NCBI GenBank assembly: GCA_018053665.1
Contig: JAGPKZ010000004.1
Coordinates: 1,463 to 65,462, forward strand
Direction of reading: 5' to 3'
Length of the DNA: 64,000 nt
Source of the DNA: Prevotella sp.
Lineage (GTDB): Bacteria > Bacteroidota > Bacteroidia > Bacteroidales > Bacteroidaceae
Shown here: in pieces, positions 1-8,780 of the stretch
Numbering within the stretch: position 1 is the stretch's first letter
How the letters are laid out: the number at the start of each line of letters is the position of its first letter
Position numbers and translations under genes: made by a program
The notes under the pieces: generated by a model
The model's database searches: none
What the model was told of the DNA's origin: nothing
Seen by the model: the letters and a program-made list of their open reading frames with translations, nothing else

Positions 1-612
1 ATAACATTCTTTGATTCATTGCTGAAGATGCTTCATCCATTCATGCCATTTATCACAGAAGAGTTGTGGCAGCAGATTGCTGAGCGCAAAGACGGTGAGA
101 GTATTATGTGTGCAACACTTGATATTCCAACTATAACAAATGAAGAAAGCAAACTTGCAGCTGACATAGAAACTGTGAAGCAGATAGTCTCTGGTATACG
201 TACTGTGCGCAACCAGAAGAATATTGCACCAAAAGAAGTCCTTGAACTCCAGACTGTAGGTGAAAATAAGTTTGCCAAATACAACGACGTCATCATCAAA
301 ATGGCTAACCTTAGCGCAATAAACACTGTTGCTGAGAAGACTGCAGACGCAAGCGGATTCATGGTTGGCACAGACGAATATGCTGTCCCTGTAGGTAACC
401 TTATTGATATTGAGGCTGAAATAGAAAAGGCACAAGCCCAAATAAAACATCTAGAAGGTTTCCTTATTGGCATTCGCAAGAAACTAGGCAACGAAAACTT
501 CGTCGCTCATGCTCCAGAAGCTGTAATAGCCCTTGAACGTAAGAAGGAAAGCGACTCTGAAGAAAAGATTGCTGCTTTAAAGCAGACGATTGAAGAATTG
601 CAAAAAAAATAA
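1..612 (+). CDS. valS: Valine--tRNA ligase, C-terminal part (5' end outside window)
   Basis: Frame open from base 1; LKMLHPFMPFITEELW anticodon-binding motif and C-terminal coiled coil (KKLGNENFVAHAPEAV). Confidence 0.95.
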   Translation: MTFFDSLLKMLHPFMPFITEELWQQIAERKDGESIMCATLDIPTITNEESKLAADIETVKQIVSGIRTVRNQKNIAPKEVLELQTVGENKFAKYNDVIIKMANLSAINTVAEKTADASGFMVGTDEYAVPVGNLIDIEAEIEKAQAQIKHLEGFLIGIRKKLGNENFVAHAPEAVIALERKKESDSEEKIAALKQTIEELQKK

Positions 613-613
613 T

Positions 614-1825
614 ATGAAGAAAATCCTGACATTACTGTTTGTCACACTCATAGCCATCACATTTGTTGGCTGTGAAAAAGACTCACCTACTGTGACGTAT
701 CAATATGAGAGTACTACAAGGACTCTATTTGTTTATATGCCATGGACAGGTTCTACGACAAGTAGCTATGGCTCTCTTACTGAATACTTTGACACGAACA
801 TCGCTTCTATGCGGAATGCTATTAATACGAATGGCGGACTGAAAGGTACTGATGTAATTGTGTATAAAGCCAACAGTGCTAGCAAAGCAGTAATGTTCAG
901 GATGAAATATAACATCACATTGAAGAAATGTGAGCTTGACACATTACTTGCAAACGCTAGTAATAATGCGATAACAAAGGAAAACTTAACAAGTTTACTT
1001 AATCAAGTAAGTTCATACAGTAACACTGGTTCGTATTCTATTCTTGTTGGCTGTCACGGAAGTGGATGGACTCCACGAGGAAGTGACGGAACAATGCCAA
1101 GAGCAAGTAGAGCTTTCGGCGGTCAAGGACAGGAATTGCAGTATGACTTGAGTGATTTGAGTTATGCAATAGCAAACTCTGCAATGAAGAAGGTTGAGTT
1201 TGTCAGTTTTGACGACTGCTATATGTCTAACGTGGAAACAGCGTACGAACTGAGAGACGTAACAAATTATCTCGTAGCCTCAACAAGTGAGGTAATGGGA
1301 GACGGTTTCCCTTATGACACATTGTTTAAGTATATGCTGGGCACACCAGACTATAACAACATTTGCAACACATTCTACAATTATTATACTAACAACAGTT
1401 ATCCGTATGGAGCTTTATCAGCTATAAAATGCGGTGATGCGATAAAACAGATGGCCAGCGTTATGAAGGACATTAACGCAACATATACTTTTGACCAGAC
1501 AAAATTGAGTTCAGTACAATATCTTGATGGATATGACAATAACGTGTTTTTCGATTTAGGTTCATACGTTGATAAATTAGGAGTTACAGCACCACTGAGT
1601 ACGAATTTCAAGACAGCTCTTGACAATCTTGTACCTTATAAGGTTTATACACCATATATATATACGTGGTACACTAATGCATACCGCAGTGAAACTGACC
1701 CAAAGAATCCATACAATACATTTAAGATAGATACATTCAGTGGATTAACAATAAGTGATCCTACTTTGAATTCCACAGTAGTAAATTCAAAGAAAAACAC
1801 TGCATGGTGGCAAGCAACACACTAA
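614..1825 (+). CDS. Clostripain-family (C11) cysteine peptidase lipoprotein
   Basis: ATG at 614 gives a signal peptide with lipobox FVGC; catalytic His in GCHGSGW and Cys in FDDCYMS; SRAFGG region; ends in WWQATH. Confidence 0.85.
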   Translation: MKKILTLLFVTLIAITFVGCEKDSPTVTYQYESTTRTLFVYMPWTGSTTSSYGSLTEYFDTNIASMRNAINTNGGLKGTDVIVYKANSASKAVMFRMKYNITLKKCELDTLLANASNNAITKENLTSLLNQVSSYSNTGSYSILVGCHGSGWTPRGSDGTMPRASRAFGGQGQELQYDLSDLSYAIANSAMKKVEFVSFDDCYMSNVETAYELRDVTNYLVASTSEVMGDGFPYDTLFKYMLGTPDYNNICNTFYNYYTNNSYPYGALSAIKCGDAIKQMASVMKDINATYTFDQTKLSSVQYLDGYDNNVFFDLGSYVDKLGVTAPLSTNFKTALDNLVPYKVYTPYIYTWYTNAYRSETDPKNPYNTFKIDTFSGLTISDPTLNSTVVNSKKNTAWWQATH

Positions 1826-1830
1826 AATAT

Positions 1831-1865
1831 AAAAAGGAGAATTTCAATAGAAATTCTCCTTTTTT
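1831..1865. terminator. Bidirectional intrinsic terminator
   Basis: AAAAAGGAGAATTTC-AATA-GAAATTCTCCTTTTT between convergent genes. Confidence 0.85.
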
Positions 1866-1885
1866 ATTTATATATTAAAATTCAA

Positions 1886-3469
1886 TTACTTCTTTGCATA
1901 TTCTGCAGCCATTTCAGCACATCGCTCACCATCAACACCTGCAGAAACAATACCACCAGCATAGCCTGCACCTTCACCACATGGGAAAAGTCCTGCAATA
2001 CGAACATGTTGGAAAGTTTCTCTATCACGTAGTATGCGAACAGGACTTGAAGTCCTTGTTTCTGCTGCAATCATTACAGCTTCATTTGTAAGGAATCCAT
2101 GAGCATTCTTTCCGAAAGTCTTAAAGCCTTCCTGCAAACGGGTGCTAACAAATTCTGGCATCCAGAAATGTAGCGGACTACTAATAAGTCCAGGAGCATA
2201 AGAACTCTTTGGTAAATCATAACTGAGATGCTTATTAACAAAGTCAGACATACGCTGTGCTGGTGCTGTCTGCTTCATATTTCCTTGTTGCCAACAGTTC
2301 TTTTCAAACTGTTCTTGAAATCTCATAACACTTAAAGCATCTTCACTCTCATCGCCAGTCATCTTTGCGCAATCATCTGGATGAACCTCAACAACCATAC
2401 CGCTGTTACTCCATGCAGTACCGCGATTACTTGGGCTCATTCCATTTACAACGATCTGTTCTTTATCTGTAGCAGCAGGAATAACAAAGCCACCAGGACA
2501 CATACAGAAACTGTATACGCCACGTCCATCAACTTGAGTTACGAAAGAATATTCAGCAGCAGGGAGATATTTGCCCCTACCGTTTTTATTATGATACTGT
2601 ATCTGATCAATCAGTTCACTAGGATGTTCAAGACGAACTCCAACAGCAATACCCTTTGCTTCAATCTCAATCTTAGAATCATTAAGATAACGATAAACGT
2701 CACGAGCACTATGTCCTGTAGCAAGGATCACAGGACCATGAAATTCCAACTGACTATCATCTGTCAAAGAAACAGCCTCAACGCCAACAACCTTATCACC
2801 TTCGAGGATAAGACTTGTCATCTTAGTAAGAAAATGAACCTCACCACCAGAAGCTATAATCGTGTTACGCATTTTCTCGATTACTCCAGGAAGCTTATCA
2901 GTTCCGATATGCGGATGAGCATCTGCAAGGATAGCTTCAGAAGCACCATGCTGACAAAATACGTTAAGAATCTTATCTACTGATCCACGCTTCTTACTAC
3001 GGGTATAAAGTTTGCCATCACTATAAGCTCCAGCACCACCTTCACCAAAACTATAATTGCTTTCGTCGTCAACTTTCTGTGTCTTGGTAATCAAGGCTAA
3101 ATCCTTCTTTCGTTCACGAACATCCTTTCCGCGTTCAAGCACAATTGGACGAATACCAAGTTCAATTAATCTAAGAGAAGCGAAAAGTCCACCAGGTCCC
3201 TCTCCCACAACAATAACTTGCGGGCAATTCTCAACATTAGGATATACCGTAGTAACATACTGCTCGTCTTGTGGGAGCTCATTAATATATGTACGAATCT
3301 TTAGGTTAACATATACCTGTCTGTGTCGGGCGTCAATACTTCTATTAATCACTCTCACCTGATTTATGGTGCGAATGTCCAATCCTTTATCTTCGGCAAT
3401 AAACCGTTTTATATTCTCTTCAGTGTAAGCCACCTGTGGCAAAACACGAATCTGATATTCATTTATCAT
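1886..3469 (-). CDS. Uncharacterised NAD(P)/FAD-dependent oxidoreductase
   Basis: VVGEGPGG dinucleotide-binding fold, GEGGAGAYSDGKL, FCMCPGG and PCGEGAGYAGGIVSA motifs. Confidence 0.88.
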   Translation of the reverse strand: MINEYQIRVLPQVAYTEENIKRFIAEDKGLDIRTINQVRVINRSIDARHRQVYVNLKIRTYINELPQDEQYVTTVYPNVENCPQVIVVGEGPGGLFASLRLIELGIRPIVLERGKDVRERKKDLALITKTQKVDDESNYSFGEGGAGAYSDGKLYTRSKKRGSVDKILNVFCQHGASEAILADAHPHIGTDKLPGVIEKMRNTIIASGGEVHFLTKMTSLILEGDKVVGVEAVSLTDDSQLEFHGPVILATGHSARDVYRYLNDSKIEIEAKGIAVGVRLEHPSELIDQIQYHNKNGRGKYLPAAEYSFVTQVDGRGVYSFCMCPGGFVIPAATDKEQIVVNGMSPSNRGTAWSNSGMVVEVHPDDCAKMTGDESEDALSVMRFQEQFEKNCWQQGNMKQTAPAQRMSDFVNKHLSYDLPKSSYAPGLISSPLHFWMPEFVSTRLQEGFKTFGKNAHGFLTNEAVMIAAETRTSSPVRILRDRETFQHVRIAGLFPCGEGAGYAGGIVSAGVDGERCAEMAAEYAKK

Positions 3470-3474
3470 GGGTA

Positions 3475-3482
3475 CAAAGTTA
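3475..3482 (-). promoter_or_regulatory. Bacteroidota -7 promoter box (TAACTTTG) for the FAD oxidoreductase
   Basis: Matches TAnnTTTG; 5 nt from the ATG at 3469. Confidence 0.6.
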
Positions 3483-3544
3483 CAAAAAATGAATCTAATA
3501 TCGAAATTATCAATGATTTAGTTGGTCATAATAATAATTCTTAG

Positions 3545-3552
3545 TATTTTTG
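3545..3552 (+). promoter_or_regulatory. -7 promoter box (TATTTTTG) for the thr operon
   Basis: Matches TAnnTTTG about 170 nt upstream of thrA. Confidence 0.55.
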
Positions 3553-3637
3553 CCCCAGAAATCATTCAAATTGAAAGGTTTTGGTTAGTTTTTCGAGTTA
3601 TTTGCCACTTTTGTACTGCTGGTTTTAAAACTCGGAT

Positions 3638-3664
3638 ATGATTATAACCACAATTAAAGTCTGA
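3638..3664 (+). promoter_or_regulatory. Putative thr operon leader peptide MIITTIKV
   Basis: ATG ATT ATA ACC ACA ATT AAA GTC TGA; five consecutive Ile/Thr codons in the thrA 5' leader. Confidence 0.6.
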
Positions 3665-3722
3665 TTTCTATAGCTACAAGCCACTATTGTCAAGTGGTCG
3701 CACAAATTAAAACCATTAGTAA

Positions 3723-6158
3723 ATGAAAGTATTAAAGTTTGGTGGAACATCTGTTGGTTCCGTAGAAAGCATTCTTAGCTTAAAGAGTATTGTAGAGATA
3801 GAGGCTAAAAAACAGCCGATAGTAGTTGTTGTAAGTGCACTTGGTGGCATAACGGACAAATTGATTTCCACATCAACATTGGCATTACAACACGATGATA
3901 ATTGGAAATACGAATTCGACCAGATGGTTGATCGTCATCATAAAATGATAGACACAATTATCACAGACACCAAAAACCGAGAAGACTTATTCAACACCGT
4001 AGATTCTCTATTTGAACAATTGAGAAGCATTTATTTTGGTGTCTATCTGATACATGATTTAAGTGAAAAGACACAGAATGCAATCGTTAGTTACGGCGAA
4101 CGTCTGTCAAGTAATATTGTTGCTGCTCTGGTAAAAGGTGCAAAATGGTTTGACAGTCGCGAATTTATTAAGACCGAACGTATTAATGGTAAAAATGCAC
4201 TTGACAGTGAATTAACAAATAAGTTAGTAAAAAATACATTTAAAGACCTTCCACATATTTCATTGGTTCCAGGATTTATAAGCCGTGACCGTGACACAGA
4301 CGAGATAACTAATCTCGGACGTGGAGGTAGTGACTATACAGCAGCCATCATTGCAGCTGCACTGAATGCCGAAGTATTGGAGATATGGACGGATGTAGAT
4401 GGTTTCATGACTGCCGATCCAAGAGTTATCAAGACTGCATACACAATTAACGAACTAAGTTATATTGAAGCTATGGAGTTGTGTAACTTTGGTGCTAAGG
4501 TAATATATCCTCCAACAATATACCCAGTATGTATAAAGAATATTCCTATCAGAGTTAAGAATACATTCAATCCTGAAAATCAAGGAACAATAATAAAGAA
4601 TAAGATTAATGATGACAAGAAACCTATCAAGGGTATAAGTTCTATCAACGGAACAGCACTTATCACCGTGACAGGTCTTTCTATGGTTGGTGTCATTGGT
4701 GTAAACCGCAGAATCTTTACAGCTCTTGCCAATGAAGGAATAAGCGTATTCATGGTTTCGCAGGCATCTTCAGAAAACTCAACCAGTATCGGTGTAAGGG
4801 AGGAAGATGTAGAAGAGGCTGTAAAAGTGCTGAATGATGAATTTGCAACCGAGATCGAAGACGGAGCTATGTTCCCTATGCATGCAGAATGCGGGCTTGC
4901 TACTGTAGCCATTGTAGGCGAGAACATGAAACATGCCGCTGGTATTGCAGGTAAACTGTTTGGAACTTTAGGAAGAAGCGGTATCAGTGTTATAGCATGT
5001 GCACAGGGTGCCAGCGAAACAAATATATCATTCGTCGTAAAAAGTGAATCATTAAGAAAGTCATTGAATGTTCTTCACGACTCATTCTTCCTTTCTGAAT
5101 ACAAGGTTCTAAACTTATTTGTATGTGGAATCGGAACTGTAGGTGGCAAACTTATTGAACAGATTCGCAATCAGTATGATGAGTTGAAGGAAAGAAGTCA
5201 ACTGAAACTTAATGTCGTTGGTATCGCAAGTTCCAAGAACGCAATATTAAATCGCGACGGAATAGATCTTTCAAATTATAAGGATGTATTGAAGACATCA
5301 GAAATAAGTAGTCCTGAAAAGCTGAAAGAAGCTGTGTTGGGAATGAACATATTCAATAGCGTATTTGTGGACTGCACTGCAAGTAAGGATATCGCTGCCC
5401 TATACCAAAGTTTTCTTGAAAATAACATCAGTGTCATCGCAGCAAACAAGATTGCTGCCAGTGGTGAATATGACAAATATGTGGAACTGAAAAAGACAGC
5501 TTTGAAACGTGGCGTTAAATTCAGATTCGAAACAAACGTAGGTGCAGGTCTTCCTATTATCGGAACTATCAATGACCTTAGAAACTCTGGCGATAAGATA
5601 TTAAAAATAGAGGCTGTATTAAGCGGTACATTAAACTTCATCTTTAACGAGATAAGCAGTGATGTTCCTTTCTCAGAAACAGTACGCAGAGCAAAAGAAA
5701 AAGGATACAGTGAACCAGATCCACGTATTGATTTAAGCGGAAAGGATGTCGTAAGGAAACTTGTAATTCTAGCACGTGAAGCAGGTTACAGAGTAGAACA
5801 AGAGGATGTAGAAAAACATCTATTTGTTCCACAAGAATATTTTGAGGGAAGCATTGATGATTTCTGGAAGAATCTTCCTAAACTTGACAATGATTTCGAG
5901 ACACGTCGAAAGAAACTTGAAAGTGAAGACAAGAAATGGCGATTCGTTGCTGTTATGAACGGCGGTAAGACAAGCGTGGAACTAAAAGCTATTGAGCGAA
6001 ATCACCCATTCTATAATCTTGAAGGAAGCAATAATATAGTACTTCTTACAACAGAAAGATACAAAGAATATCCTATGTTAATTCAGGGTTACGGTGCTGG
6101 AGCTAGCGTGACGGCTGCCGGTGTATTCGCAAATATAATGTCAATTGCTAATATCTAG
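3723..6158 (+). CDS. thrA: Bifunctional aspartate kinase/homoserine dehydrogenase I
   Basis: KFGGTSVG, LGRGGSDYTA, two ACT domains, FETNVGAGLP and GYSEPDPRIDLSG. Confidence 0.97.
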   Translation: MKVLKFGGTSVGSVESILSLKSIVEIEAKKQPIVVVVSALGGITDKLISTSTLALQHDDNWKYEFDQMVDRHHKMIDTIITDTKNREDLFNTVDSLFEQLRSIYFGVYLIHDLSEKTQNAIVSYGERLSSNIVAALVKGAKWFDSREFIKTERINGKNALDSELTNKLVKNTFKDLPHISLVPGFISRDRDTDEITNLGRGGSDYTAAIIAAALNAEVLEIWTDVDGFMTADPRVIKTAYTINELSYIEAMELCNFGAKVIYPPTIYPVCIKNIPIRVKNTFNPENQGTIIKNKINDDKKPIKGISSINGTALITVTGLSMVGVIGVNRRIFTALANEGISVFMVSQASSENSTSIGVREEDVEEAVKVLNDEFATEIEDGAMFPMHAECGLATVAIVGENMKHAAGIAGKLFGTLGRSGISVIACAQGASETNISFVVKSESLRKSLNVLHDSFFLSEYKVLNLFVCGIGTVGGKLIEQIRNQYDELKERSQLKLNVVGIASSKNAILNRDGIDLSNYKDVLKTSEISSPEKLKEAVLGMNIFNSVFVDCTASKDIAALYQSFLENNISVIAANKIAASGEYDKYVELKKTALKRGVKFRFETNVGAGLPIIGTINDLRNSGDKILKIEAVLSGTLNFIFNEISSDVPFSETVRRAKEKGYSEPDPRIDLSGKDVVRKLVILAREAGYRVEQEDVEKHLFVPQEYFEGSIDDFWKNLPKLDNDFETRRKKLESEDKKWRFVAVMNGGKTSVELKAIERNHPFYNLEGSNNIVLLTTERYKEYPMLIQGYGAGASVTAAGVFANIMSIANI

Positions 6159-6162
6159 GATT

Positions 6163-7392
6163 ATGAAACATATTATCATACTTGGCGACGGTATGGCAGA
6201 CCATGCAGTTGAAAAATTAGGAAACAAAACTCTGCTGCAATATGCAGAAACACCATACATGAACATGTTGGCAAAAAATGGATGTACCGGTAGACTGAAC
6301 ACCATTCCTGATGGTTTTCTTCCAGGTTCTGAAGTAGCTAACACTGCCATTCTTGGATACGATTTAAACAAGGTATATGAAGGTCGCGGGCCACTTGAAG
6401 CTGCATCAATAGGATATATCATGCAGCCAGAAGACATGGCTATCAGATGCAACATTATTGAGTTGGAAAACGGATTGATAAAGAATCACCATGGTGGACA
6501 TCTTACTACTGAAGAAGGAGACATGCTGATAAAATATCTTGATGACAAACTTGGCAACGACAAGATTAAATTCATCACAGGTATACAATATCGCCATCTT
6601 TTAATCATAAAAGGAGGAAACAAGCATATCACTTGTGCCCCACCACATGATCATCCAAACGAGGAATGGAAGAAAATTCTTGTAAAACCAGAAGAAAATT
6701 ATATAGAGACAGATTCGTCAAGAATGAGTCCACAAGAAACAGCAGATTTGATAAATGAGCTGATATTGAAGAGTCATAAATTGCTTTCTGAACATCCTTT
6801 CAATAAAGAGAGACTGGAAAAGGCAAACAGTATATGGCCTTGGAGTGGTGGTTACAGACCATCGATGAAAACACTTATGCAACTATTTCCAGATATAAAA
6901 AGCGGAAGCGTAATTTCGGCTGTTGATCTTATACGTGGTATAGGACATTATGCAGGACTAGATGTAATAAAGGTAAAGGGAGCTACAGGATTGGCTGACA
7001 CAAATTACGAAGGAAAGGCACAGGCTGCCATTGATGCTCTAAAGAAACAAGACTTTGTTTTTCTACATGTTGAGGCTAGTGATGAAGCCGGTCACGATGG
7101 AGATTTGGATTTAAAACTCAAGACTATTGAAAATCTAGACTCTAGAATCGTAAAACCTGTATATGAAGAGGTGAAAGATTGGAACGAGCCTGTTTGCATA
7201 GCAGTCCTACCCGACCACCCTACCCCTGTTGAAATTCGCACGCATGTCAAAGAGCCTGTACCGTTTATTATTTGGTATAAAGGAATAGAACCTGATGATG
7301 TAAGCACATACGACGAAGTGAGTTGTGTGACCGGAAGTTACGGTCTGCTGAAATTGAATGAATTTATGGAAACATTTATGAAAATAAAATAA
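6163..7392 (+). CDS. Cofactor-independent phosphoglycerate mutase family protein (ApgM-like, proposed homoserine kinase)
   Basis: GDGMAD, PGSEVAN, GRGPLEAAS, HVEASDEAGHDG and PDHPTP metalloenzyme motifs; lies between thrA and thrC. Confidence 0.88.
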   Translation: MKHIIILGDGMADHAVEKLGNKTLLQYAETPYMNMLAKNGCTGRLNTIPDGFLPGSEVANTAILGYDLNKVYEGRGPLEAASIGYIMQPEDMAIRCNIIELENGLIKNHHGGHLTTEEGDMLIKYLDDKLGNDKIKFITGIQYRHLLIIKGGNKHITCAPPHDHPNEEWKKILVKPEENYIETDSSRMSPQETADLINELILKSHKLLSEHPFNKERLEKANSIWPWSGGYRPSMKTLMQLFPDIKSGSVISAVDLIRGIGHYAGLDVIKVKGATGLADTNYEGKAQAAIDALKKQDFVFLHVEASDEAGHDGDLDLKLKTIENLDSRIVKPVYEEVKDWNEPVCIAVLPDHPTPVEIRTHVKEPVPFIIWYKGIEPDDVSTYDEVSCVTGSYGLLKLNEFMETFMKIK

Positions 7393-7395
7393 GTT

Positions 7396-8697
7396 ATGAA
7401 ATACTATAGCACAAACAAAGAAGCACCAACTGCAACTCTTGAAGAAGCTGTCGTAAAGGGCTTGGCTCCAGATAAAGGTCTCTATATGCCCGAAAATATC
7501 CATAAGTTACCAACAGCATTTTTTGATAACATAGAAAACATGTCGTTTCAAGAAATAGCCTTCGAAGTAGCAAAGGCATTCTTTGGCGATGATGTAGAGA
7601 CTAGTGCATTAAAAGACATAGTATATGACACTCTGTCTTTTGACGTTCCTGCAATAAAGGTTGAGGACAACATATATTCTCTTGAGCTATTTCATGGTCC
7701 AACTCTTGCTTTTAAGGATGTTGGTGCCCGATTCATGGCTAGACTTCTACAATATTTCATAAAGAAAGAAGGGCAAAAATCCATTACTGTTCTTGTTGCC
7801 ACTTCTGGTGATACAGGTTCAGCTGTAGCAAACGGATTTCTTGGTGTAGAAGGCATACATGTAGACGTACTTTATCCGAAAGGTAAAGTGAGCAAAATTC
7901 AAGAGAGCCAGTTTACCACTCTTGGAAAGAACATAACAGCTATCGAGATAAACGGTGTATTTGATGACTGCCAAACTCTTGTAAAACAAGCATTTATGGA
8001 TGAAGAGTTGAATGAAAACAAGAAACTCACATCTGCCAACAGTATAAACGTGGCGCGTTTCCTTCCTCAGGCTTTCTACTATTTCTATGCTTACGCACAA
8101 CTGAAGAAACAAAACAAGGCTGACAACATGGTAGTATGCGTACCAAGTGGAAACTTCGGAAACATCTGTGCCGGAATATTCGCTCATGAAATGGGATTGC
8201 CTATAAAGAGATTCATTGCTGCCAACAATGCCAATGACATATTTTATAAATACCTTCAAAGCGGAAAATATGAACCAAAACCTAGCAAACAGACATTGGC
8301 AAACGCTATGGATGTAGGTGATCCTTCAAATTTCGCACGCATATACGACCTGTTTGGGGGCTGTCATGAAAAGATAACCAGTCTTATTAGCGGAGCAACA
8401 TACACAGACGACATGATAAAGGCTACGATGCAGACTTGTCATAAAGAAACAGGTTACGTTCTTGATCCTCATGGAGCATGTGGCTATCGGGCCTTAAAGG
8501 AAGGACTAAAGAACGGAGAAACAGGAGTATTTCTGGAAACGGCACATCCTGCTAAGTTCAAGGAAAAGGTTGACGACATACTTCATATAGACATTAAAAT
8601 ACCTTCACGTCTGGCAGAATTCATGAAAGGTAAAAAGCAAAGTATTGGAATGAATAACAGCTTTGCCGAATTCAAGGAATTCTTACTAAACCAGTAA
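7396..8697 (+). CDS. thrC: Threonine synthase
   Basis: LELFHGPTLAFKD (PLP lysine), ATSGDTGSA, SANSIN, VPSGNFGN, ETAHPAKF. Confidence 0.97.
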   Translation: MKYYSTNKEAPTATLEEAVVKGLAPDKGLYMPENIHKLPTAFFDNIENMSFQEIAFEVAKAFFGDDVETSALKDIVYDTLSFDVPAIKVEDNIYSLELFHGPTLAFKDVGARFMARLLQYFIKKEGQKSITVLVATSGDTGSAVANGFLGVEGIHVDVLYPKGKVSKIQESQFTTLGKNITAIEINGVFDDCQTLVKQAFMDEELNENKKLTSANSINVARFLPQAFYYFYAYAQLKKQNKADNMVVCVPSGNFGNICAGIFAHEMGLPIKRFIAANNANDIFYKYLQSGKYEPKPSKQTLANAMDVGDPSNFARIYDLFGGCHEKITSLISGATYTDDMIKATMQTCHKETGYVLDPHGACGYRALKEGLKNGETGVFLETAHPAKFKEKVDDILHIDIKIPSRLAEFMKGKKQSIGMNNSFAEFKEFLLNQ

Positions 8698-8743
8698 TTT
8701 ATAAAAAAAATAAAAGATTGGGTATATTGTCATGAAAATTAAG

Positions 8744-8751
8744 TAACTTTG
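8744..8751 (+). promoter_or_regulatory. -7 promoter box (TAACTTTG) for uvrA
   Basis: Matches TAnnTTTG about 30 nt upstream of the ATG. Confidence 0.55.
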
Positions 8752-8780
8752 CCGATTAAGACAAGAATAGTAAAGTTATT

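Noticed and set aside
590-613. Upstream TTG start for the C11 peptidase (similarly 6145 and 48636 for other genes)
   Set aside because: The downstream ATGs (614, 6163, 48642) are canonical starts giving typical N-termini; the first two also remove overlaps with the preceding gene.
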